Shown here piece after piece: positions 1-10,971 of a DNA stretch of 64,000 bases (its first letter is position 1; each line of letters opens with the position of its first letter). Under the pieces are notes generated by a model. The model had not been told where the DNA came from. It made no database searches and was given only the letters and a program-made list of their open reading frames with translations. The stretch is from Chrysomallon squamiferum (Eukaryota > Animalia > Mollusca). The translations under genes were made by a program, and so were the position numbers. The stretch covers positions 24,862,001-24,926,000 of the forward strand of contig CM022665.1 in NCBI GenBank assembly GCA_012295275.1. The letters run 5' to 3'.

Positions 1-2829
1 AGAGTTTGTTTAACCACTCTGTCAAAATACTTACACTGATTTACCCTGCAAAATGATTTTTTCCCCCTTCATTTATTTATTTATTCTGATGTACACTTTT
101 GACTACCTTTTGCTGCGGTTCTGTTTCTTGTGGAACGATATGCGAGCGATAAAAAGTGTCGACATATCGAATCTGTGTCAACAACACAGATAACAGTCTA
201 CTGATGGCGGTCATAAAATATGACTACTGCAGACTCAAGGATTCTTGTTTCAGCTGAAATTCAGTCTGAATGATTTGAAAAATGGCTTTGACAGAACTGC
301 TGATGATACAAAAAGTAATGGTTCCACTACTTGTTGCACCAGTGACTGTTGCGTTAGTAGAAGTATAAAGCGCTGTACTAGCTGCTCTACTCGATAGAAC
401 GGAATAGCTGATTTATAACTGCAATGGAAATATTTGTTGTAGCAATAATAATAGTAGCTGAGTAGCAGTGGCAATGGTATAAGTAGTAAAAGCAGCAACA
501 GCAGTAGTAATGGTAATAACGTAGAAATAGTATTAGCAGAAGTAGTAGTCGTTTTAGAAATAGTTATAGTAGTTGTAGCTATTATTATCATTTCATGAAG
601 TTTTTTTATTTATTACAAAAATAAAAAATTAAATTAAAAAAAAATTAAAAATTAAAAAAGAAAGGGAAAAAATTACAAAGCATCTTGAAACAAAAATAGA
701 TTTAAAATTTCCAATGCACAGATGGTACAGGAATGTCCGAATGACCATGTATTTTTCAACGGCCACTGCGTTCCAAGCATTGAGCGAATTTTCAATGATC
801 AAGTTCTGCTTCTGGAATAAATTTGAAATCGCGAAACATGTGCTGGTCAAAGGTAGCTTTGTATTAAGAATGATTGTTCAGCTGACCAACACGGACACGC
901 TGTCGGCTAGTTCTCTTTGTTTAAAGACTCCGTGTTTCATCAGATGACTGGTAAGAAAAAGTATGTGCAGAGAAAAATACGAGAGGCTTGGGATATTGAA
1001 TATTCAGTACAGTTTTGTTTAGTTATTTTAGTAGTACAAGAAATATAAAATTATAAATTTATTCTTTTCATCCGTTTTTTTTTTTTTTTTTTTGGTTTTG
1101 TTGTATTTCAAAGTTACCGTGTGCAGGATTTCAGAAAATGGGTATGTAAATGAATATATTATTTACTATGCTATAATGTGATATAAAATAAAAAATTTAA
1201 AAAAGCAACAATAAATAAATTAAAAAAAACCCAACAACAAACAAAGAAAAAAACAAAAAAACAACAACAACAAACAAACAAAAAATAAAAACAGAACAAA
1301 CAATATTATAACAAGAAAAAACAACAAGTGTGTTGACTGCTCCGGTAATTTCGCCATAAAGGCGCACATATGCAGTAAACAAAACGATACAAATTAATTT
1401 AGCAACAACAGCAATTTTAGATTTTAACAGAAACGCTATCTCTGTTCAGCCAGCTTACCTAGATGCACATATTTGCCATGACTTACGTTTTTTTTCTATT
1501 TATTTTAAGAGATGATGGTATGAAAAAGAGAAGCTGTATATGTTTGTCAAATACTGAGCGATTCCAAGAGAAGAGAAACACTGATGTAGCATCCATGGAG
1601 AAACAAAGCAACTTGGTTGTTGACGTCATCATGACGTAATACTACGCTTGTTGTACTAACACTACTAAATTCACTAAATTTATCTCGGTTGTTAACTAAG
1701 ATAATATATTCATAGTAGTAGTAGTGTTAAATGTTTTTATTATTACTTAAATTTGCTAACGTCGTTTGCCAATAAAGAACTTTCAGTACCGCATATGTCG
1801 CTTAACATAAGCTAGAACTGTTTAGCAAAATCTAAGTGATCAAAACAAGGAAAGCGCCCAGTATTAAACATTTGTTTGCAAATAAAAGTTCGACCGTACA
1901 GAACCTGTTAGAGACACTCGTATGCCTGTACTTATCATACACACCCTTATGCATGCATTGACTACACCCACGCACGCGCATATACTTAGCACACACACAC
2001 ACACACACACACACCCACACACACACACATGGTATACACAAATATCGGTATGCATATTTACAAACATAATTCTTTTGCATTAAATCAGGTTACATGATTT
2101 GAACGTTAAAGACCACATCAAAAAGAGAGAGAAATGGAGCCTATCATTTCATTCAGCTCATGAAGTCATGATTATTTATTTATTTATTTTTATTTTTAAT
2201 TTTGTTTTGTTTTTGTTTATTAGTATATATACATTGCTGTTTATAGAAAGAAACAGTAATTTAATTTCGCTTGAAGCATACACAGAAAAATGTTCCTGAA
2301 ATAACAACATCAAATGAAAAATAAAACAATTTAAAAAAACAAACAAAAAAAAACAAATTTGTAATAATAATAATAAAGTGATTAAAAATTTTAAAATTTT
2401 TATTATTATTATTATTATTTTTTTTTTTTGTATAATAAACAAATAAATAAATAAATAAATAATAAATAAATAAGAAAACATAATCATCTAGCATCAAGAT
2501 ATTGGATATATATTATTGTCCGTCTTCTGTCGTATTTAAAGTGTTATGTGAAGACCTAAATATGAAGCTGTACTAACAAATGTTTGCTACCAAAGTCACC
2601 GTTACCTCCCTCGCCGCATTTCATTCTCTCAGTGCTCCAACACAAACGTTTTTGTGAGTAACCTACAAATTAATTTTAGACTTCATTAAAGAAGATGGAA
2701 ATTTCCTTATCGTTTTATATAAATTCATGAAATCGTTAACCAAAATGTGCTGATTTCATTGTCATTATATACATATATAAAATGCGTCTATATGTGTGTT
2801 GTGTGTATAATGTCAGTACACTCAAAACA

Positions 2830-2880
<51 letters not shown>

Positions 2881-3194
2881 CATACAGACATTCTTATGTT
2901 GTTTATCGACTAGCAATATTTGAAAAAATTATTTCTGGATCATATTCTATGATGCTTTTGTAACTTCCGAATACGTGCAAAAAATAAATAAAAAAAAGAC
3001 GAATGACGAAGATGCCCATGGCGCTTCCGAAGTTCGGAATCTATTACGAACTTTGGTCAAGGTTAAGTGTATTTTTAATTGCCTTTTTATTGTTGAAAGC
3101 AATATAGCCAACATAGTTAACGATTCAAACTACCTTAACTGTATACAAAATAATAGTTTTAAATATTAGCGACAAATATCAGAAAAATTATATG

Positions 3195-3380
3195 ATTACC
3201 TCAGTGGAAAAATACCTTAGAACCGGTCGTCCGATGAGGTCAAATTCGGGATCAAATTATTAAAATAACTTCAAATTAAAAAAACACACCAAAAAAAACA
3301 ACATATGACCAGGTCAATAGGTGTTGGATGATTGAGGACTGTCGATTGGTTACAACATTCATCTAGTATATATATAAAGG
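3195..3380 (+). promoter_or_regulatory. Gene 1 promoter: GATGAGGTCA and CAGGTCA boxes, reverse CCAAT, TATA
   Basis: gatgaggtca at 3233, ccaggtca at ~3309, gattggtt at ~3344, tatatataaa ending 3378. Same order as in the paralogous promoters. Confidence 0.7.
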
Positions 3381-3703
3381 TAGATAAACTGATTTTGAAT
3401 CACTTCAAAACTGATTATCACTCGAACATTTCCTCTTCACTACTGTTGGTAAGTATGTATTATTATGTATGTAAGGTACTATTTTAGACTTTTAATTTAA
3501 TATATTAATTTTGGATGAAGCATGAAATGAATATATTTATTTTGTCGAATAATTACATTTTTAAAAAGTATTATTATCATCATCATCATCATCATCATTA
3601 TCATCATCATTTAAATTATCTATCCTTTCACGTTTTTAAATAAGAATATTGTTATTTTTCGTAGTAGTAGTAGTAGTAAAATTAATATTTGCAGATTTTC
3701 AAA

Positions 3704-4003
3704 ATGATGAAGGCTATTATTGTCGTTCTTTTGGCCTGTTTGACTCTTGCCTCTGCTGGCATGATGATGCCAATGTACGGCGGATTTGGAGGCTACGGTA
3801 TGGGAGGGTATGGAGGGTATGGAGGGTACGGTATGGGATTATATGGCGGGTATGGAATGGCAGGATACGGCATTGGAGGGTACGGCATTGGAGGATATGG
3901 ATATGGAGGATTTGGTGTTGGAGGTTTGGCCATGGGAGGGTACGGAGGATTTGGAGGATATGGAATGATGGGAGGATACGGCGGTGGTTTCTATGGCCGT
4001 TAA
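3704..4003 (+). CDS. Secreted Gly/Tyr/Met-rich protein, gene 1 (99 aa; GGY block only, no pentapeptide block)
   Basis: ATG at 3704 lies 9 nt after the acceptor ttgcag (3694). Signal peptide [27 protein letters not shown] repeats, ends FYGR*. Intron 1 is 3449-3694, intron 2 is 4014-4267 (gtaagc..tttcag), AATAAA at 4337. Confidence 0.92.
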   Translation: MMKAIIVVLLACLTLASAGMMMPMYGGFGGYGMGGYGGYGGYGMGLYGGYGMAGYGIGGYGIGGYGYGGFGVGGLAMGGYGGFGGYGMMGGYGGGFYGR

Positions 4004-4621
4004 CAAAGAAGATGTAAGCTGAAATCTTATAAAAACCAGCTGTGTAGCTATTCGTTACAACTACGTTAATTTTATAATACTTTTTAAATGTATAGTTTAT
4101 TTTATTTTAGCCATATTTTGCTAGGTATCTTTGCATTTGAAAACTTGGGTTGTTAATTTTGCTTATCATTAATGACAAAACGGTCTGTTCCACACTCACA
4201 CAAATGTAAAATGTGTTGTTTTCTGTTTTATTTTATATCTTCCAATATCTTGTTGGTTTACTTTCAGAATGCGCATGATTTACTGCAGAAAAGAAGACGA
4301 CTGTAACTGATTTTTAACCACTGTAATTTCTAACGAAATAAAATTATTGAAAAAAAGAGAAGAAATATGTATTTTTTATTTATTTGTTTGTTTAAACATG
4401 ACGGTGAATTTAGTATGAATTTTAATAAGGAAGTGAAATTATTAACCAGATTATCGAATAATCTGAAATCTGAAATCATAATATTAATGCGAGAACTGCA
4501 GTTCAGTACTATGATTAACAAGTAACAAAACAGACAGACACACACACGCATTTACACTGGGCTCGAAAAAGCAAAAAAAAAGAAGCACAGTCCTCCCAAA
4601 AAACAACAACACAACACCCTA

Positions 4622-4659
<38 letters not shown>

Positions 4660-5565
4660 TGCAAAAAAGAAAACAACAAACCAACAAACACAAAACAAAA
4701 CAAAAACACACACTGAACTTTAACGTATTTTGAACCTCAGTTTTTCTAGTAGTTTTAGTGGTTTAAAAAAAAAAAAAAATAATAATTTTATCACTCTGTT
4801 TACTAATTATGTATCCCACTTCTTTCTGGGAAATTCCTTTAAGATTTTTGCAATGCGAGAACTTTCTGACTTGAATAAAATTTCTGAAAAAACCAAACAA
4901 ACAGTAAACAAATTAAACAACCCCACAGAGACAAAAAATAAACAACCCAAAAAACAACAACCAACCAGCAAAACAAACAAACAAAAAAAAAACCACACAA
5001 ACAAAGAAAAAACAAAAAACAAATCGGAGGCAAACAACTATGCGTTTAGAGATAAGCGTAAACATACAGTCACAGATAACTGCATATATACATTCACATG
5101 ATCACATATAGTCATATACATACTGACGTCTTGATCCTGAAATCTGCTATCAAAAGTATAAACAATTGCAGAACTAATATTATAAGAGTGTTTGGAAGAT
5201 CGCTTTTTTAAAAATAAATATCTGACGTCTAATTTAAAATTGATATACTTACCTTGTTAGAAGATAAATTTGAAATCATTTTAATATCTCGTGTATGGTA
5301 TAACAACATCAGCAGCTGCAGCAACAATAACAACAACAATACTACTACCACTACTACTAGTTCTACTGCTATTACTACTACTACTACTACTAGTAATTAT
5401 AATAGTAACTGTAATTTTATTTACCATTTCAAAACCATAATTATAAAAGCAAGAGAATATGAAAAGATTAAGAAAGTGGTAAATGAAGGTTTAAGAGAGA
5501 AAATGAATTAGAAAATTTTTAATTATAGAAGAAATTTATTTAAAAACAAATGCTTTTTTTTTTTT

Positions 5566-5577
<12 letters not shown>

Positions 5578-5658
<81 letters not shown>
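5578..5658. repeat. (TTA)n microsatellite
   Basis: Perfect trinucleotide run, one of many (AAT)n, (CA)n and (TTTA)n tracts in the window. Confidence 0.95.
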
Positions 5659-5659
<1 letters not shown>

Positions 5660-6239
5660 CTTTCTAAGGAGTAGATAAACTAATCTTTCTGGATGTTTTA
5701 ATTTTCCTCGTTCTGTTCAGTATTTCTCCAAATTTGTTTTATCGGAATAGACATTTGCTTTCTTTTCAATTGTATTAAAATTCCACTTACCAGTGACATA
5801 CTGTAAATAAAGCAGGACACGCAAATAAATTCGGTATTCTTTCAATACAGTTATCTTAAATATTCGCCCCTTAATACACTCCCCCTGACACGCACACCAC
5901 ACGCAGGCGCACAAGCAGACGCACACAAAAAAAAAGCAGACGGACATACACAACTGATAAAACCAGAACTAGATAAAAAATATTGTTTCAAGAAGAGATA
6001 ATTAATCTTGAGAATTTGGGGTCGCGAGGAATGTGGGAATCACACCAGGATTAATAAGAACATATAAGATTTATACAATAATTTTTGAAACAATAGATAA
6101 GAAAAAGTGAAAAAAAAATATGTCAGAAAACTAAAAGATATATTAAATATATAAAACTCTTTTTGCAGTCTTTGAACATGATCAACTAAAAAAAAAAAAA
6201 GAAGAAAAATAAAACACACACACACACACACACGTCGAG

Positions 6240-6362
6240 GACCCGATTAGGTTAGTTCAATATGAAATTACTAAAATAAGATCACTTATAATTTGATGAG
6301 TTCAACTGGTGACTTTTGATTGAAGACTGTCGATCACTCACAAGATTCATCTAGTATATATA
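6240..6362 (+). promoter_or_regulatory. Gene 2 promoter (diverged from the array-type promoter)
   Basis: gatgagttca-actgg-tgactt at ~6295-6315 and TATATATA at 6355. The CCAAT position is mutated (cgatcactc). Confidence 0.6.
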
Positions 6363-6559
6363 GAGGTAGATAAATACATTTTAATATAACTTCAACACTG
6401 TCTACAACGTGAACATTTCCTCTTCACAACTGCTGGTAAGTATGTCTTATTATTTATGTACAGTAAAGCAAATGCATACATACATTCAGTCGTAAAAGTT
6501 TATTGAGTTATTTTATTTTACATTATTTTACTATATTTGATCATTTTCAGATTTTCAAA

Positions 6560-6943
6560 ATGATGAAGGCTGTTATCATCGTTCTTCTTGCCTGTTTGAC
6601 TCTTGCCTCTGCTGGCATGATGATGCCAATGTACGGTGGATATGGAGGCTACGGTATGGGAGGATATGGAGGATATGGAATGGGGGGATACGGCATGGGA
6701 GGATACGGATATGGAGGATTCGGAATGGGAGGTTTGGCTCTCGGAGCATATGGCGGATATGGGGGATACGGAGGATACGGAGGATACGGAGGTATGATGG
6801 CAGGTGGCATGATGGGAGGTGGTATGATGGGAGGTGGCATTATGGGAGGTGGCGTGATGGGAGGTGGCGTGATGGGAGGTGGCATGATGGCTGGTGGCAT
6901 GATGGCTGGTGGCATGATGCGTGGTGGCATATACGGACGTTAA
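6560..6943 (+). CDS. Secreted Gly/Tyr/Met-rich protein, gene 2 (127 aa; 9 pentapeptide repeats)
   Basis: True start MMKAV at 6560 follows the acceptor ttttcag (6550). Donor at 6436, 3'UTR intron 6954-7207, AATAAA at 7276. Ends IYGR*. Confidence 0.93.
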   Translation: MMKAVIIVLLACLTLASAGMMMPMYGGYGGYGMGGYGGYGMGGYGMGGYGYGGFGMGGLALGAYGGYGGYGGYGGYGGMMAGGMMGGGMMGGGIMGGGVMGGGVMGGGMMAGGMMAGGMMRGGIYGR

Positions 6944-7325
6944 TAATGTACATGTAAGTTAAAATTATAACAAGAAAGTAATCTTCGTCAGTGCTTGGTT
7001 TTTGTTAAATTTTAAAATCAGTGTATTTCTTTAATTTCTAAATTTACTTCATCTACAAGTCAGACGCACATATTTCTAATCTAGAGATAACACATTAATA
7101 TCATTATAAAATATAAAATGTTCTTCTACATCCAGAAATCGGTCGCAGATAATTAGAAATAAATCATAAACACACGAATGAAAAAGAGTCTATTTGTTTT
7201 CTTTCAGAATCCACACAGTGTACAACCGAAAAGAAGATAACTGTAACTGGTTTTAACCAGTGCAACTATTAACTGAATAAAGTATTTTAGAAAATATGAT
7301 AGTTTTTGTTTGCTTATTTATAATT

Positions 7326-7389
<64 letters not shown>

Positions 7390-8959
7390 AACAACAAGAA
7401 CGTGTATTAAAATAATTATGTGTGAAGAACAGCTTCATTAAAAAGAACACAGAATCACTGTGTTACCAAACATTGAGATAAACTTGTAACTAAATACAGG
7501 CACATACATGCATACATACTTAGAGAGAAATGAAAATAAATTTGAGGAAGAAGTATACAGAGAAGAAACATGAAGATCAAGAAATACTTAAATGAATAAA
7601 ATAAAATAACAAAATAACAGTAAGTATAATAATAAATAACCAGAAATAAAGATTCCGACATATATAGGCACAGAGACACGTACGGGTTTCAACAGATATA
7701 TATTCATATGTAAAAACTAATACATATATGCAAAGTCAAGAGAAACTTTTCAGTTTAAAACCGAAATTTCACAGAAACTTAATCAGTGTAAAACACACAG
7801 TCCACACGCTAACAATACTGAATGTGAAAAATGATACTCTTCTACGTGAGGTTTTGCCAAGAGTCTACGAAAACGTGAAAAGCATGTACCTCGTGAACAA
7901 CCACAACTGCACGTGCAAATAGGTTATAAAAATTATTTAACTAGTCTATGCACCGGAGACCTTTTATTACGATTTTTTTTTTTTTTTTTTTTTTTTGTTC
8001 TTGCACTGGGGCAAGTGGTGGTCGCAGTCACTTACCACTGAGCTTGAATTATTCAACATGTTTTCAGTGTGTTGTCCACGAAGTGAAACGTTTAATTTTT
8101 GTTCCCCACATTACTTTAGTAAATTCTGGCGATATGATCAGATTTTGTATGATTATCATTTGTAGTGTGTGTCTATTACGTTGACATTTTGACTTTTTCA
8201 ATACCGTTTACTTACTTCGTTCTCATATCTTTTATTGTTATTTAACTAGAGAGAGTTCAGTCTATGGCAAAGCTGGTACGTAAACCATAAATGCAAATAG
8301 ACACAATGAAAATAATTACTACCCTTTTTATTACTGAATTTACTGTAGAACTTAGTTCGTAAGAATGGTCTGTTTCAATGAGCGCTTTGTGAAATAAAAT
8401 GAAATGAAGTATAAAAAAGTAAAATATGAATTTTTTCTTATCTATTTATTTATTGTTTTTATTTTATTTATTCTTTTTTATTTTATTTATTTATTTATTT
8501 ATTTATTTTTTTTGTTAAAATTCACACCTAGAACGGGAAAAAGGTGTATTCTGAGTTTTAACTGATGAAATGCTTTTAAAAATTTTATTTGTTTGGCGTG
8601 GATGATCATATGACAACATGTCAGATGCATGGATATGTAAAATCCAGGTTTAATACAAGTTGCATGGGATAAATACCAATCTACAAAGCAAACCTTATAA
8701 GAATGCAGAAGTTAACAAACCGACATATAAAAATGAAATAAGTAAAAAAAAAAAAAACAAAAAAAATCTGACATTGATAGCAGTAGTAGCCGTAATAATA
8801 GTAGCAGTAACAGTAGTAGTAGTAATAGTAGTATCATCAGTAGTAGTAGTAGAGGGTAATAGTAAAACTGCTACTACTAGTAGTAATAATAATGATGTTG
8901 TTGATGTTGATAAATAAAAAATAAAAACTATATTATAACTCCGAGATAAATGTTTACAA

Positions 8960-9285
8960 CTTACAAATACTCTGTCATGCAAGAAGAAGGGGCAACATCG
9001 CATACCACTGATTGAACTCAGCAGTATCTTGAGGATGCAAAGCAGCATTCCTAAAGAAGGATGAAAGGCTGTCACAAAGTCCGGACTGTAATCCGACAGA
9101 TATTTTTTATGTGGAATTCACCGAATAACAAGATATAGGAACGTTGAATGGACAAGTTCACTGAGTAGAAATTAAAGACAAAAATCAATGAAAGTTGGAA
9201 CACGATCATCCTTGAGTAGATTCCGAGATACATTCAGAAGTCTGCAGGAAAAAATGGAGGACCCATTGATCATCTGTTCAAGTAG
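8960..9285 (+). mobile_element. Decayed Tc1/mariner-superfamily (DD37D/maT-like) transposase C-terminal fragment; copies at ~12541-12867, 16158-16483, 19752-20076, 23350-23675
   Basis: Translation across a stop and frameshifts gives MQEEGATSHTTD*TQQYLED / FLKKDERLSQSPDCNPTD / AGKNGGPIDHLFK*. These match the family motifs QQDGAPAHT, FISKDEWPPxSPDLNPLD and C-terminal GGxxE/D. Confidence 0.72.
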
Positions 9286-9751
9286 ACTAATGGGAAGATG
9301 ACCTTCTTACATTCCGGAACTACAGTTTTCGATATCAAATGTTGATTTTTCTTATGTTAAAACTACTATAGATATTCAACTTTCAGTTGTAACATAAAAC
9401 GTCCATGTATATATTTAGAGAGTTTCGAATTGTGATTTGTGATATGTTGGGTATTAAAGTTAAGTGCGATAACGACATACAGATGTAGTATAATACAATT
9501 AACTTCTATTAATTAGGAAACCAGATAAAAACAGAAGATACGTCTGCCCTTGGCACTTCCCCTGTCAATGACAGTGTCAAGAAGGGATTACGAGCATCAC
9601 TTTTGATTAATTATAAATAACATCTTTGTAAAGACAACATCTCCAGCATTTCCAAAATCTTAAAACAGTATAAAGTAAAATAAAACAAAAATAAAATAAA
9701 AATAAAACAGAATATAAATATATATAAATAGACGTCTTTCAGTGGCAGTCA

Positions 9752-9893
9752 TGACCTCACTGGGTCCGGACCTTCGATGAGGTCAGATCAGGATCACATT
9801 ACGAAAATAAATTTAATTATAATCTGATGAGGTCAAGTGATGACTTCTGATTGAGGACTGTCGATTGGTTACAAGATACATCTAGTATATATA
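9752..9893 (+). promoter_or_regulatory. Array-type promoter (copies at 13335-13476, 16950-17091, 20543-20683, 24150-24291)
   Basis: TGACCTCA..GGTCCGGACC..TGAGGTCA palindrome at 9752-9785, AGGTCA-n5-TGACTT at 9830-9846, ATTGG at 9864, TATATATA at 9886, Inr-like TCACTT at 9918, exon 1 donor gtaagt at 9967. Confidence 0.72.
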
Positions 9894-10120
9894 GAGGTAG
9901 ATAGATGCTTCTTAGTATCACTTCAAAACTGACTATCACTTGAACATTTCCTCTCTACCACTGTTGGTAAGTATTTCTTGTTATTTATATACGGTAAATT
10001 ATCTCTCTTTTTTAATTTTATTATATTTTATTTGTTTATTTATTTATTTGTTCAATTTAATTTAATTTAATTTAATTTAAAATAATTTAATTTTTATTTC
10101 TTCATCTCCAGATTTTCAAA

Positions 10121-10520
10121 ATGATGAAGGCTGTTATCATCGTTCTTCTTGCCTGTTTGACTCTTGCCTCTGCTGGCATGATGATGCCAATGTACGGTGG
10201 ATATGGAGGCTACGGTATGGGAGGATATGGAGGATATGGAATGGGGGGATACGGCATGGGAGGATACGGATATGGAGGATTCGGAATGGGAGGTTTATCT
10301 CTCGGAGCATATGGCGGATATATGGGGATACGGAGGATACGGAGGATACGGAGGTATGATGGCAGGTGGCATGATGGGAGGTGGTATGATGGCAGGTGGC
10401 ATTATGGGAGGTGGCGTGATGGGAGGTGGCGTGATGGGAGGTGGCGTCATGGGAGGTGGCATGATGGCTGGTGGCATGATGGCTGGTGGCATGATGCGTG
10501 GTGGCATATACGGACGTTAA
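10121..10520 (+). CDS. Gly/Tyr/Met-rich protein, gene 3, with net +1 frameshift at ~10320-10327 (error or altered allele)
   Basis: Reads ggatatatggggatac where the siblings read ggatatgggggatac. The N-half and C-half appear in the overlapping ORFs 10121..10534 and 10197..10520. Confidence 0.8.
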
Positions 10521-10903
10521 TAATGTACATGTAAGTTAAAATTATAACAAGAAAGTAATCTTCGTCAGTGCTTGGTTTTTGTTAAATTTTAAAATCAGTG
10601 TATTTCTTTAATTTCTAAATTTACGTCATCTACAAGTCAGACGCACATATTTCTAATCTAGAGATAACACATTAATATCATTATAAAATATAAAATGTTC
10701 TTCTACATCCAGAAATCGGTCGCAGATAATTAGAAATAAATCATAAACACACGAATGAAAAAGAGTCTATTTGTTTTCTTTCAGAATCCACACAGTGTAC
10801 AACCGAAAAGAAGATAACTGTAACTGGTTTTAACCAGTGCAACTATTAACTGAATAAAGTATTTTAGAAAATATGATAGTTTTTTTTTGCTTATTTATAA
10901 TTC

Positions 10904-10971
<68 letters not shown>

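Noticed and set aside
6503-6559. N-terminal extensions given in the ORF track for genes 1, 2 and 9
   Set aside because: They begin at non-ATG codons within intron 1 or exon 1. The conserved acceptor + attttcaaaATG defines the real start.
6649-6930. Pro-rich ORFs (MPPRIMPPA..., PPYPPY) opposite each gene, including 34449..34745 and 38066..38804
   Set aside because: These are antisense shadows of GGN-rich codons. They have no signal peptide, promoter or splice support.
7246-7261. Hairpin ACTGGTT-TT-AACCAGT just before AATAAA
   Set aside because: Pairing is broken in gene 1, weakened in pseudogene A and absent in gene 9, with no compensatory changes. It is not a histone stem-loop sequence.
7455-9075. 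Short ORFs recurring in every array unit (MSLCLYM..., MQSQEKLF..., MHRRPF..., MTAFHPS...)
   Set aside because: They recur only because the unit is duplicated. Several break at homopolymers, and none resembles a known protein.
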